A stretch of 64,000 nt of DNA. It comes from an uncultured delta proteobacterium. Lineage in GTDB: Bacteria; Desulfobacterota; Binatia; DP-6. Position 1 is the first letter of the stretch, and every line of letters starts with the position of its first letter. The translations under genes and the position numbers were made by a program. The DNA lies in assembly GCA_963815115.1 (NCBI GenBank), contig CAWFFN010000005.1, positions 1,056,001-1,120,000 on the forward strand, in the 5' to 3' direction. Shown here piece by piece: positions 20,448 to 31,545 of the stretch. The notes beneath the pieces are model-generated. The model was given only the letters and a program-made list of their open reading frames with translations, was not told the origin of the DNA and made no database searches.

Positions 20448-22064
20448 ATGAGCAGCACCACGCTCAGCCCGCTGGTACTCGGTCTCGGCCTCTTCTTCCT
20501 CGGCATCCAGCTGATCGGACAGTACCTCCGCCAGCTCTCGGGCGAGAGCTTCCGCGTCCTGGTCGGGCGCACGACCCACTCGCGGGCGCTCGCCGCCCTC
20601 GTCGGACTGCTCTTCGGGGCGCTCATGCAGAGCGCGACCGCGGTCACCTTCATCCTGGTGGGCCTGGTGAGCAGCGGCGTCATCGAGATGGCCGGGGCCA
20701 TGCCCATCATCGTGTGGTGCAACGTCGGCCTCACCGCGCTGGCCTTCATCACCACGCTGAACATCCATCCCGCCGTCGCCTACCTGGTCGGCGGGGCCGG
20801 CATCGCGTCGGGCACGCTGCGCAGGCCGCGGCAGCATGCGGTCGCGTTCGTGCTGCTCGGAACGGGGCTCATCCTCTTCGGCCTCCAGACCATGAGCGGC
20901 GCCCTGGCTCCGCTGCGCGGCGCGCCCTGGTTCGAGTCCATGCTGACGGCGGCGGCGGACCACCCGCTGCTCGCATTCGGCGCGGGTGTCCTGGCCGCCG
21001 CCCTGCTCCAGTCGAATACCGGAGCGAGCATGCTGGTCATCACGCTCGCGGGCACCGGCGCGCTCGAGCTGCACGCCGGGGCCATGCTCATCTACGGCAC
21101 CAACCTCGGCGCCATCGTGCTTCGCTCGGTGCTCGCCCTCGGCCTCCACGGTCGCTCGCTGCGCCTGGTTCGCATGGAGGACCTGTTCTGCATCGCGAGC
21201 GGGCTCCTCATGGTCGGGCTCGATCTGCTCGAGTCGTCCGGCGTGCCCCTGGTACGCGGCGGCGTCCAGGCGCTCAGCCATGACCTCCGCCTCCAGCTCG
21301 CGCTCGTCTTCCTGCTCTCGAACCTGCTGCCGGCGCTCGTCCTGACACCCGCGCTGGGCTGGTGCCGGGCCCTGCTCGAGTGGCTCATCCCGTCGGAGCC
21401 CGGCGACGTACCGGGCAAGCCGCGCTACCTGACGACCTCCGCGCTGCACGATGCCGGTACCGCCATCGTCCTCCTCGAGAAGGAGCTGGCGCGACTGATC
21501 GGCATGCTGGCGGTGGACCCGACGGCCGAGCCCGACTCGGGCGACGGCGAGCATCAGCCGTCGCCCGCGTTCGTTGCGGTGGCGCAGGCCATCGAGCAGT
21601 TCGCAGCCCGGCTCGCGACCAGGGGGGAGCTCTCCGAGGCCCAGGCGATACGGCTGCAATTGCTCCGCGGCACCCTCTCCACCGTGCGCCATCTCGAGGA
21701 CGCCATCGCCGACGTGTGCAATGCGCTCCGGCGGCTCGGTGCCGACCCGGACGACGCCGCGGTCGCAAGCGGGGTGACGGACACGCTCGCGGCGGTGGTG
21801 GCGCGTGCAGCCGCGGCGGCCGACCGGCTCGACGGCGGCCAGATCCACGCGCTCGTCGAGGACACGAAGAAACACGGCCCGCTGCTCGCCGGGCTGCGCA
21901 GCCGCTTCGACCCGAACACGATGCCGATCCCGGGGGAGGCGCGCCTGAAGGTGGTGGCACTGCTGAACGACCTCGAGGTCGCGGTGTGGATCGTGCACCG
22001 ACTCGGCAAGGCGCTCGCGCTGCTCGTCGAACCGGCGATGGCGGCACCCCGGGCGCCGGCGTAG
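20448..22064 (+). CDS. Na/Pi cotransporter family protein
   Basis: GLGLFF.GI, repeated QS motifs (MQSATA, LQSNTG), N(V/L)G motifs, PRYL linker, helical PhoU-like C-terminus. Confidence 0.8.
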   Translation: MSSTTLSPLVLGLGLFFLGIQLIGQYLRQLSGESFRVLVGRTTHSRALAALVGLLFGALMQSATAVTFILVGLVSSGVIEMAGAMPIIVWCNVGLTALAFITTLNIHPAVAYLVGGAGIASGTLRRPRQHAVAFVLLGTGLILFGLQTMSGALAPLRGAPWFESMLTAAADHPLLAFGAGVLAAALLQSNTGASMLVITLAGTGALELHAGAMLIYGTNLGAIVLRSVLALGLHGRSLRLVRMEDLFCIASGLLMVGLDLLESSGVPLVRGGVQALSHDLRLQLALVFLLSNLLPALVLTPALGWCRALLEWLIPSEPGDVPGKPRYLTTSALHDAGTAIVLLEKELARLIGMLAVDPTAEPDSGDGEHQPSPAFVAVAQAIEQFAARLATRGELSEAQAIRLQLLRGTLSTVRHLEDAIADVCNALRRLGADPDDAAVASGVTDTLAAVVARAAAAADRLDGGQIHALVEDTKKHGPLLAGLRSRFDPNTMPIPGEARLKVVALLNDLEVAVWIVHRLGKALALLVEPAMAAPRAPA

Positions 22065-22073
22065 GACCGCGCG

Positions 22074-23033
22074 ATGGCCCGGCGGATCGTGCTCGACACC
22101 GACATCGGCACCGACGTCGACGACGCGCTCGCGCTGGCGCTCGCGCTGGCCTCGCCCGAGCTGGAGCTGGTCGCCGTCACGACGGTGAGTGGCGATACGG
22201 CCCTGCGCGCGCGCATCGCCGCTCGCCTGCTGGCGCTCGGCGGGCGTGCGGACGTGCCGGTGCACGCCGGATGTGAGACGCCGCTTGCGGCCGGGGGCGG
22301 CTTCGCCCGCTTCGGCCACGAGGGTCAGGGCATACTCGGCGACATCCTCGACGACACGCGGGACGCGATCGCCGCCGAGCCCGCGGTGGATGCGTTCCTG
22401 CGTCTCTTCCGGGCCGACGAGGAGCTCGAGCTGGTCGCCGTCGGTCCGCTCACCAACCTCGCCGTGGCGCTGGAGCGGGACCCCGGTCTGGCACGCCGCA
22501 TCACCCGCCTGACCCTCATGGGCGGCTGGATCCGGGGCGCCGCGATCGCGGGCCGGCCGCTGCTTCCCGCCGTCGACTACAACCTGTGCTCCGACCCGGT
22601 CGGCTCCCGGCGCGTCCTCTCGGCGGCCATCCCGACGCGCCTGGTTCCCGTCGACGTGACGGTCGAGGTGTGGCTGACGGCGGCCGACGTCGAGGGGCTC
22701 GAGCGCGCGGCGGCGCCGTTGCAGCGTACGCTCGCCCGCGCGGTGCGCCTCTGGGCGCCGATCCAGCGCCATCTGTTCGCCGGTCTCGGGACGCCGCTCG
22801 GGGCCGAGGTGATGGCGTTCCTGCACGACCCGCTGGCGCTCGCCTGCGCGTCCGACGAGTCCTTCTGCACCGTCGAGGAGCTGGCGATCGAGCCCGCGAC
22901 GGTCGACGGCGTCTTCCGGACGCTGGAGCGTCCGCCGCGCACGCCGGGGACGTTCGCGATGCGCTGCGCCACCGCGGTGGACGCGGCGCGCTTCACCGCT
23001 CACGTGCGCCGGCGCCTGGGACTGCCGGCGTGA
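22074..23033 (+). CDS. Nucleoside hydrolase
   Basis: DTDIGTDVDDA, GPLTNLA, MGG, YN...DP, LHDPLA. Confidence 0.9.
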   Translation: MARRIVLDTDIGTDVDDALALALALASPELELVAVTTVSGDTALRARIAARLLALGGRADVPVHAGCETPLAAGGGFARFGHEGQGILGDILDDTRDAIAAEPAVDAFLRLFRADEELELVAVGPLTNLAVALERDPGLARRITRLTLMGGWIRGAAIAGRPLLPAVDYNLCSDPVGSRRVLSAAIPTRLVPVDVTVEVWLTAADVEGLERAAAPLQRTLARAVRLWAPIQRHLFAGLGTPLGAEVMAFLHDPLALACASDESFCTVEELAIEPATVDGVFRTLERPPRTPGTFAMRCATAVDAARFTAHVRRRLGLPA

Positions 23034-23469
23034 CCCCCGCGGGTGCCGGGACGAGCGCGCGGATCTCCGCCGGCAGGCGCTGCGGCTTCCCGCCGTCGTC
23101 GAGGAGCGCGTGCTCCGTCACCCCGTCGGCCACCACCTCCCCGTCGCGGACGATCTCGTAGAGGATCGTGACGCGCACGCGGCCGATGGCGGCGATCCCG
23201 GCGCGGATCTCGAGCACCTCGTCGTAGCGTGCCGGCCGGCGGTAGTGGCAGGTGGCCGACACGACGGCCAGGTAGAGCCCGCGCGCGACGTAGTCCCCGA
23301 AGCAGTGGCCCAGGTTGCGGAAGAGCTCGGCACGGCCGATCTCGAAGAGCCGGAAATGGCTCGCGTAGTACATGATGCGCATCGGATCGCAGTCGGCGAA
23401 GAGGACGCGGTACCGTGCGACCGGCGCGAGCGGCAGGAGGACGGCGTGCAACGGGGGCGGGCCTAGCAT
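22993..23469 (-). CDS. Acyl-CoA thioesterase (YbgC/FadM hotdog fold)
   Basis: RV.FADCDPM..MYYA.H..LFE.GR.E, Y..PARYDE. Confidence 0.85.
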   Translation of the reverse strand: MLGPPPLHAVLLPLAPVARYRVLFADCDPMRIMYYASHFRLFEIGRAELFRNLGHCFGDYVARGLYLAVVSATCHYRRPARYDEVLEIRAGIAAIGRVRVTILYEIVRDGEVVADGVTEHALLDDGGKPQRLPAEIRALVPAPAGVTPAVPGAGARER

Positions 23470-23528
23470 ACCGGCGGGGCGCCGTACCACCTCGACGGAA
23501 TCCGGCGAAAGCTGCTATTGGAGCCGGC

Positions 23529-25250
23529 ATGTCGAGCGCATCCCTCAAGATGAGCGCCGATGCCGCGAGCGCGGCTCCGACCGAGCGCAAGACGCTCGAC
23601 GAGGACGTCGCACTCGTCAAGGACAAGGCGCGCGAATTCGCCCGCCTCGCACCGGCGGCCAAGGCGTCGCTGCTGCGCGAGTGCATCCCGCGGCTCATGG
23701 CCGAGGCGCCCGGCTGGGTCGCCACGGGCGCGGCGGCGCGCGGCTCCGCGCCGTCGGAGGAATGGCTCGCCGGGCCCTCCGCGACGGTGCGTCTCTTCCG
23801 GCTGCTGGCCGAGAGCCTCGACGCGATCGCGGCCTCGGGTCGTCCGCCGCTGGGCCGCGGCGCGCGCACCCGCCCGGACGGCCGCACCGAGATCGCACTC
23901 TTTCCGTCGAGCACGCTCGATCGCGTCACGTTCATGGGCTTCACGGGCCACACGCTCATGGATCCAGGCGTCACGCCGGAGCGTGCGCGCGAGCGCCAGG
24001 CCGCGTTCTACCAGCGGCGCGACCCGGAAGGCGGGCTGTCCGTCATCCTGGGCGCGGGCAACGTGGCGAGCATTCCGCCCATGGACGTCGCGAGCAAGAT
24101 GTTCGTCGACGGCATGGTGTGCGTGCTCAAGATGAACCCGGTGAACGAGTGGGTCGGTCCGTTCCTCGAGCGCGCGCTCGAGCCGCTGGTCACGCGCGGC
24201 TACCTCCGCGTCGTCTACGGCGGCGCCGAGGTCGGATCGGCGCTGGCCTACCATCCCCTCGCCGATGACGTGCACATCACGGGCTCGGATCGCACGCACG
24301 ACCTGATCGTGTGGGGACCGCCGGGAACGGAGCGCGACCGGCGCATCGCCGCGCGCGACCCGCTGCTGCGCATCCCGATCACCTCGGAGCTGGGCAACGT
24401 GAGCCCGGTCGCGATCCTGCCCCATGGCTACAGCGACCAGGAGCTCGCCTTCCAGGCGAGCAACGTCGTCTCCATGGTGTGCAACAACGCCTCCTTCAAC
24501 TGCAACGCGGCGAAGATGCTGATCACGGCGAAGGGCTGGCCGCAGCGCAGCCGGTTCCTCGACCTGGTGGCGCAGGGGCTCGCCGCGGTGCCGACGCGCA
24601 AGGCGTACTATCCGGGCGCCTTCGACCGCTACCGGACGCTGCTCTCCGGTCACCCCGAGGCGCAGCGCTTCGGGCGTGCCAGCGACACGATGCTGGCGTG
24701 GGCGCTGGTTCCCGGGCTCGACGCCGGCGACGAGCGCGAGCCGCTGTTTCGCACCGAGCCGTTCTGCGGGATGCTGAGCGAGACGAGCGTCGGTTCGACC
24801 GATCCGGTCGAGTTCCTCGCCGAGTCGACGCGCTTCATGAACGACCGGCTGTGGGGCACGCTGAACGCCATGCTGGTGGTCCCTCCGAAGCTCGAGCGCG
24901 ATCCGAGCGTCGCCGCCGCGCTCGATCGCGCGATCGTCGACCTGCGCTACGGCACCGTCGCCGTGAATCACTGGCCGGCGCTCGGCTATGCCTTCGGCAC
25001 GCTGCCGTGGGGCGGCCACCAGAGCGCGACGCTGGAGAACATCGAGAGCGGCCTCGGCTGGGTACACAACAGCTCCATGCTCGACGGCATCGACAAGGCC
25101 GTGGTGCGGGGGCCGCTGGTCGTGAAGCCGATGCCGCTCTGGTTCGCCGGCAATCCGAAGGCCGACCGGGTCGCACCGCTGGTGGCCGACCTCGAGGCGT
25201 CGCCGAGCTGGCTCAAGATCCCGGGCATCCTGGCGCGGGTGCTGCTCTAG
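23529..25250 (+). CDS. Aldehyde dehydrogenase family protein
   Basis: LGAGN, KMNPVN, HITGS, SELGNVSP, NNASFNC (catalytic Cys), EPF, YG.VAVN. Confidence 0.85.
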   Translation: MSSASLKMSADAASAAPTERKTLDEDVALVKDKAREFARLAPAAKASLLRECIPRLMAEAPGWVATGAAARGSAPSEEWLAGPSATVRLFRLLAESLDAIAASGRPPLGRGARTRPDGRTEIALFPSSTLDRVTFMGFTGHTLMDPGVTPERARERQAAFYQRRDPEGGLSVILGAGNVASIPPMDVASKMFVDGMVCVLKMNPVNEWVGPFLERALEPLVTRGYLRVVYGGAEVGSALAYHPLADDVHITGSDRTHDLIVWGPPGTERDRRIAARDPLLRIPITSELGNVSPVAILPHGYSDQELAFQASNVVSMVCNNASFNCNAAKMLITAKGWPQRSRFLDLVAQGLAAVPTRKAYYPGAFDRYRTLLSGHPEAQRFGRASDTMLAWALVPGLDAGDEREPLFRTEPFCGMLSETSVGSTDPVEFLAESTRFMNDRLWGTLNAMLVVPPKLERDPSVAAALDRAIVDLRYGTVAVNHWPALGYAFGTLPWGGHQSATLENIESGLGWVHNSSMLDGIDKAVVRGPLVVKPMPLWFAGNPKADRVAPLVADLEASPSWLKIPGILARVLL

Positions 25251-25281
25251 CGCGGCGCCGGAGCCGGCGGGAGCCGGCGAC

Positions 25282-25773
25282 GTGGTCACGATCGTCGTCG
25301 TGATGGGGGTGACGGGGTCGGGGAAGACGACCGTCGGGCGACTGCTCGCGGCCGATCTCGGGTGGACGTTCGTCGAGGGCGACGACTTCCACCCGCCGGC
25401 GAACGTCGCGAAGATGCGTCGCGGCGAGCCGCTCGACGACGACGACCGCGCCCCGTGGCTGGAGGCACTCCGGCATCGCATCGACGAGCTGGTCGCGGGT
25501 GGAGAGTCGGCAGTCGTCGCCTGCTCGGCGCTGAAGCAGGCCTACCGGGCGGTGCTGGCCGACGACCGGCCCGAGGTCACGTTCGTCTACCTGAAGGCGC
25601 CCCGCGGGCTGATCGACGAGCGGCTCCGCCACCGCGTCGGGCACTTCATGCCGCCGGCGCTGCTCGCGAGCCAGCTCGACACGCTGGAGGAGCCCGTGGG
25701 CAGCCTGATCGTCGACGCCGCGCCGCCGCCGGCGGCGGTCGTCGCCGCGATCCGGTGCGGCCTCGGCCGCTAG
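25282..25773 (+). CDS. Gluconokinase (GntK/IdnK type)
   Basis: MGVTGSGKTT, EGDDFHP..NV.KM..G.PL.D.DR.PWL, CSALK..YR, HFMP..LL.SQ..TLE.P. Confidence 0.92.
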   Translation: MVTIVVVMGVTGSGKTTVGRLLAADLGWTFVEGDDFHPPANVAKMRRGEPLDDDDRAPWLEALRHRIDELVAGGESAVVACSALKQAYRAVLADDRPEVTFVYLKAPRGLIDERLRHRVGHFMPPALLASQLDTLEEPVGSLIVDAAPPPAAVVAAIRCGLGR

Positions 25774-26555
25774 GGCTGCGGCTCTCGGCCCCGGTGAGCG
25801 GTCTCGGGACGGACGACGCCCTGGCGGCGCATCTCCGTCAGGCAGAGCACCTTCCCGGTGAGCAACAGGTCCTGGCGCACGAGCCAGAGGACGGCGTCCG
25901 TCATGATGGCCGCGTCCTCGAAGCCCGACGTGTCGTAGCTCGCGGGCAGCGTCGCCTCGAAGCCCTCGCTCCAGATCGGGATGTCGATGCGGATGCAGTT
26001 GACGGCGAGCCGTCCTGCAAGCTCGTGGCCCAGCGCCTCGGTGAGGCCCTCGAGCGCCAGCTTCGTCGCGGTGTAGCTCGGCCGGCCGAAGGAGGGCATC
26101 ACCGCCGCGCCCGAGGACACGTTGATCACGCGGCCAGCGGTCCCCTGCTCGACCATGCGCCGGCCGAAGTGCCAGGTGAGGTAGAAGGGGCCGTTCACGT
26201 TGACGTCTACGGCCAGACGCCAGCGGCGGATGGAGTCCTCCAGTGCCGGCCGCGGCGGGGCGATCGCCGCGTTGTTGATCAGGAGATCGCAGCGCCCCCA
26301 CTCCCGGTACACGCGCTCGGCGAGGGCGCCGACCGCGCCCTCGTCCTGGACGTCGAGCGAGACCGGCATCGCCCGCCGTCCCTCGCGCTCCACGGCCGCC
26401 GCGGTGTCGTCGACCGTTCCGGGCAGCTTGCTCGGCGTGTCCCGGCTGGAGCGCGCCGCGCACACGACGTCCCAGCCGGCGCGCGCGAGATCGACGGCGA
26501 GCCGCTTGCCGATGCCCCGGCTGGCGCCGGTGACGACCGCGACGGACGTGGCCAT
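25770..26555 (-). CDS. Short-chain dehydrogenase/reductase
   Basis: TGASRGIG, NNAA, NVSS, YTATK. Confidence 0.9.
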   Translation of the reverse strand: MATSVAVVTGASRGIGKRLAVDLARAGWDVVCAARSSRDTPSKLPGTVDDTAAAVEREGRRAMPVSLDVQDEGAVGALAERVYREWGRCDLLINNAAIAPPRPALEDSIRRWRLAVDVNVNGPFYLTWHFGRRMVEQGTAGRVINVSSGAAVMPSFGRPSYTATKLALEGLTEALGHELAGRLAVNCIRIDIPIWSEGFEATLPASYDTSGFEDAAIMTDAVLWLVRQDLLLTGKVLCLTEMRRQGVVRPETAHRGREPQP

Positions 26556-26557
26556 GG

Positions 26558-27757
<1,200 letters not shown>

Positions 27758-27892
27758 TGGGTCCTCCTTTCGGGACCGCAGACATCCCCCGGAGGCCCGG
27801 CTGTGCGCAAGTCCCGGGCGGGAACGTCCCGGCTGCGAGAGAGCGGGCACCGGGGAAGCCCCGCTGCTGGCCATCCGTCGCCGCCGTGTCCG

Positions 27893-28051
27893 TCACCGCG
27901 ACCTCCGGACACCACCGAGCAGGATCACGAGCGTGGTCACGACGAGCAGCCCGAAGAGCAGGGCACCCATGACGGTCGTCGTGTCGCCCACCGCCGCGCC
28001 GAGCAGGGGAATCCGATCGTCGGCCATGCCACCGAGGGGCGTGAGCATCAT
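27893..28051 (-). CDS. Putative small membrane protein (52 aa)
   Basis: GGAGG RBS, one hydrophobic stretch (VMGALLFGLLVVTTLVILLGGV), basic tail RRSR. Confidence 0.5.
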   Translation of the reverse strand: MMLTPLGGMADDRIPLLGAAVGDTTTVMGALLFGLLVVTTLVILLGGVRRSR

Positions 28052-28231
28052 CGCCGCACCTCCCGTCGCCGCCGACGATAGGAAGCAGGGCGGGCCACCC
28101 ACAATCGCCCGGCGGTGTCATTTCTCGGGGCGCGGACGGGCCGGTACGATCGGGTGGTTCGTCTGGTACGGCCGTACTATTGGTGGCGACGCCGGATCGG
28201 ATCGATACTGACCTCGGGGGACGGCTTCGTC

Positions 28232-28900
28232 GTGCGTGATGCCATCAAGGTTCTCATCGTCGATGACCATCCCGTGTTCCGTGACGGTCTCCGGCAATGT
28301 CTCGAGGCCCGCAAGACGGTGCGTGTCCTCGCCACCGCGGGCAGCGGCGACGAGCTGTGGAAGGCGCTCCGGGCTCACGGGCGCCCGCAGATCGTCTTGA
28401 TGGACGTCGAGATGCCGGGGGAGGGGGGAATCGAGCTCACCCGGGTGCTGCGCGAGAAGCATCCCGAGATCCGTGTCGTCATGCTGACCGCCTACTCGGA
28501 CTCCGAGCGCGTCTTCGCGGCGCTCAAGGCGGGCGCCGTCGGCTACCTGCTGAAGAACGTGTCGCCGGACGAGATCCGCGCCACGGTGGAGCGCGCCGCC
28601 GCCGGCGAGCCGATGCTGTCGGGAGAGATCGCGGGGCGCGTGCTGCGCGAGTTCGAGCGCGAGCGGGCGGAGGAGCGCTTTCGCGAGCAGCTCGACGCCC
28701 TGACCGCACGCGAGGAGGAGATCTTGAAGCTGCTCGCGACCGGGGAATCGAACCGCGAGATCGGGAAGCGCCTCTTCATCAGCGAGCAGACGGTCAAGAA
28801 CCACGTCGCGAGCATCTTCCGGAAGCTGCAGGTGAACGATCGCACCAAGGCCGCGCTGCTGGCAGTGAAGCTGGGGCTCGGCGACAAGCAACGCCCGTGA
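28232..28900 (+). CDS. NarL/LuxR family response regulator
   Basis: IVDDHP, LMDVEMP, VMLT, GYLLK; LTAREEEIL...SN.EI...LFISE.TVKNH. Confidence 0.93.
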   Translation: MRDAIKVLIVDDHPVFRDGLRQCLEARKTVRVLATAGSGDELWKALRAHGRPQIVLMDVEMPGEGGIELTRVLREKHPEIRVVMLTAYSDSERVFAALKAGAVGYLLKNVSPDEIRATVERAAAGEPMLSGEIAGRVLREFERERAEERFREQLDALTAREEEILKLLATGESNREIGKRLFISEQTVKNHVASIFRKLQVNDRTKAALLAVKLGLGDKQRP

Positions 28901-30402
28901 GCGAGACGCTGCGTGCCGCCCTGCGCGGTCTCACGATCGCCGCCGGCGCCGTCGTGGCGCTGCTCAGCATCCTCGCTTTCCGGCTCGCCGACTGGCCGAT
29001 CTACGTCGCTTACGTGCTGCTCTCGCTCGTGCTCTTCCGGCCCTACGTCGAGATGCTCGAGGATCTGATCCTGCCCATGCCCGGCCTCGCGCTGACGATC
29101 GGCTTCCTCTACCTGGGTGGGCTGCCCGTCATCACTCTGCGCCTCGTCGAGTCGCTGGTGATCGACGCGCTGCGCTGGCTGCTCCCGGCTCGCTGGGGGG
29201 CCCGCGTGCCGGCGTCGGTCGGTGGTGCCGTCGGGCTCGCCGCAGTGCCGTGGCGGATACTGCAGTCGCGCGAGCGGGCCGCGGTGGCGGCGGAGTGGGG
29301 CGTGTTCGGCGTCGGTCTGGCGGTGCGCTGGTGGGTGGTGCGGTGGATCGTGCCGGGAGGCGACGTCACACAGCATCCCGGCGCGATCGCCGTCGCGGAG
29401 ATCGCCGGCTATGCCGTCTGGGGCGTATTCGCGCTCCTGCCGATCTTCACCTATCGCCCCTTCCTGCCGCCCATCGCATCGCGGCGGGTCTTCCGGCCGG
29501 TGGCGCAGGACCTCGGACTCGTCTTCGTCCTCGCCCTGACGCCGTTCGTGTTCCTCATCGTCTATGGCTACGCCACCCACGGGCTCACCGGTGCGGTCGT
29601 CTGGTCGCTCTCCTCGCTCGGACTGCACTTCACGCTGAAGCGCCTGACGGAGCGCCGCCTGGCCGTCGAGGAGCAGAACCGCCAGCTCACGGCGCTCGAT
29701 CGCGAGCTGGAGCATCGCGAGCGGCTGGCGGCGATCGGCAAGATGTCGTCGGTGATCTCACATCAGATGCTCCAGCAGCTCGGTGTCATCGGCCTCTACG
29801 CCGATCTGATCCGGCAGGCGGAGCCCGGGGAGGACGCCGGCACGGCGATCGACCGAGCGAAGGCAAACGCCGCCGCCATCGAGGACGCGCTCGGCAGCGT
29901 CAATCGCGTCCTGCGAGACCTCCTCGTGTTCAGCCGCGACCTGCGTCTGAACCTCTACGACCACCGCCTCGGCGATCTCCTCGCGGAGTGCGTCGAGGAC
30001 TGCCGGTCGCAGGCGACCGAGCGCGACGTCACGCTGCGTCTCGAGTGTCCCTCCGAGGCGACGGCGCGGCTCGACAAGCTCAAGATTCGCCAGGCGGTGG
30101 TGAACGTGCTGCGCAACGCCATCGAGGCCTCGTCGCGCGGCGGCGAGGTGGCGGTTCACGCTCATCTCGACGACGGGATCGCCGAGATCGTGGTGTCGGA
30201 TCGGGGCCCGGGTATACCCGAGGCCGATCGAGACGCCGTCTTTGCTCCGTTCTTCACCACCAAGGAGCTGGGATCTGGCCTCGGGCTCGCGATCGCGCGC
30301 GAGTTCGCCGGGGCGCATGGTGGCGACCTGCGTGCGGAGTCGAGGGAAGGTGGCGGCGTCACGGTCGTTCTCCGCCTGCCGCGCGCGGGCCCCGGTGCGT
30401 AG
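28897..30402 (+). CDS. Multi-TM sensor histidine kinase
   Basis: Several TM helices; ERLAAIGKM..VISHQ (H-box), NVLRNAIEA, D.GPGI, F.PFFTTK..GSGLGL; GTGA overlap with the regulator. Confidence 0.88.
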   Translation: MSETLRAALRGLTIAAGAVVALLSILAFRLADWPIYVAYVLLSLVLFRPYVEMLEDLILPMPGLALTIGFLYLGGLPVITLRLVESLVIDALRWLLPARWGARVPASVGGAVGLAAVPWRILQSRERAAVAAEWGVFGVGLAVRWWVVRWIVPGGDVTQHPGAIAVAEIAGYAVWGVFALLPIFTYRPFLPPIASRRVFRPVAQDLGLVFVLALTPFVFLIVYGYATHGLTGAVVWSLSSLGLHFTLKRLTERRLAVEEQNRQLTALDRELEHRERLAAIGKMSSVISHQMLQQLGVIGLYADLIRQAEPGEDAGTAIDRAKANAAAIEDALGSVNRVLRDLLVFSRDLRLNLYDHRLGDLLAECVEDCRSQATERDVTLRLECPSEATARLDKLKIRQAVVNVLRNAIEASSRGGEVAVHAHLDDGIAEIVVSDRGPGIPEADRDAVFAPFFTTKELGSGLGLAIAREFAGAHGGDLRAESREGGGVTVVLRLPRAGPGA

Positions 30403-30460
30403 AGCCGAGTGACTCCGTCCGGTGCTTGCACCAGGTCCGCTCCGCCGGCAGGAGCGAGGC

Positions 30461-30901
30461 ATGAGCTACGCGATGACGCGGACCGAGCGCGAGGGGTTCC
30501 TGGCCGAGACCCGGGTCGGCATGCTCGGTGTCGACGAGCCCGGACGTGGTCCCCTCACCGTCCCGGTCTGGTACCACTACGAGCCGGGCGGGCTCGTGCG
30601 CGTGGTCACCGGTGCGGCGTCGCTGAAGGGCCGGCTGCTGCGGCTGGCCGGACGGATGAGCCTGTGCGCGCAGACCGAGACGGCGCCGTATCGCTACGTG
30701 AGCGTCGAGGGACCCGTCACCCTGGCGACGCCCGACCTCGAGCGCGACGTCCGTGCCATGGCGATCCGCTACCTCGGGCCGGAGATGGGCGAGATGTATC
30801 TTGCCATGACCGCCGAGGAGCGAGCTCGCGAGGCCAGCGTCCTCGTGGAGATGCGCCCCGAGCGCTGGCGCTCGGTCGACTACGGCAAGATGGTCGGCTG
30901 A
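30461..30901 (+). CDS. Pyridoxamine 5'-phosphate oxidase family (PPOX, possibly F420-binding) protein
   Basis: MT..ERE.FLA, GPL.VPVWY.Y, S.K.R, PYRYVSVEG, PERW.S.DY. Confidence 0.85.
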   Translation: MSYAMTRTEREGFLAETRVGMLGVDEPGRGPLTVPVWYHYEPGGLVRVVTGAASLKGRLLRLAGRMSLCAQTETAPYRYVSVEGPVTLATPDLERDVRAMAIRYLGPEMGEMYLAMTAEERAREASVLVEMRPERWRSVDYGKMVG

Positions 30902-30915
30902 GCAGCGCGGGCTGC

Positions 30916-30942
30916 GTCAACCGACCGAGCCCTGCCGCCGTT
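30916..30942 (+). promoter_or_regulatory. Candidate ECF-sigma (autoregulatory) promoter
   Basis: GTCAAC-N17-CGTT, the general ECF AAC/CGT pattern, immediately upstream of the ECF gene. Confidence 0.5.
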
Positions 30943-30993
30943 TGACAGGGCGATGGGGCAGACGACCGCCAGCGCGCTCCCGGGGGCAGAGCG

Positions 30994-31545
30994 GTGGCGG
31001 CGGCCCTGAGCATGGCGCACCCTGCGTCCGTGCACCCCGGCGGGCCGGAGTACGACGACCTCTACCGCGCCCACCACGCCCGCGTGCTGCGCCTGTGCCG
31101 CCTCCTGCTCGGCGACCCCGACGAGGCGGAGGACGTTTCGCAGGAGGTCTTCGTGCGGCTCTTCCGTGCCTGCCAGACCCCGCGCCCGGACATGGCCTGG
31201 GGGCCCTGGCTGACGCGCGTCGCGGTGCATGCCTGCCGCGATCGCCGCCGCTCGCGCTGGTGGCGGCGCTGGTGGATGGCGGCCGACGAGCTCGACGAAG
31301 GGAGCGTCGCCGCGCCGGGGCGGACGCCCGAGGGCGAGGTGCTCGGTGCCGAGCAGCGGCGGCGGATCTGGGGGGCGTTCGACCGGCTCGCCACCCGGCA
31401 GCGCGAGGTGTTCGTGCTGCGCCACGTCGAGGGCTGGTCGACGCAGGACGTCGCCGACGCGCTCGGGCTCGAGACCGGCAGCGTCAAGCGGCATCTGTTC
31501 CGCGCCGTCCGGCATCTGCGGGCGGCGCTCTCGGAGGGATCATGA
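30994..31545 (+). CDS. ECF RNA polymerase sigma factor
   Basis: AEDVSQEVF, WL.RVA...C.D, L...QREVFVLR..EG.S..DVA..LG...GSVK.HLFRA. Confidence 0.9.
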   Translation: MAAALSMAHPASVHPGGPEYDDLYRAHHARVLRLCRLLLGDPDEAEDVSQEVFVRLFRACQTPRPDMAWGPWLTRVAVHACRDRRRSRWWRRWWMAADELDEGSVAAPGRTPEGEVLGAEQRRRIWGAFDRLATRQREVFVLRHVEGWSTQDVADALGLETGSVKRHLFRAVRHLRAALSEGS

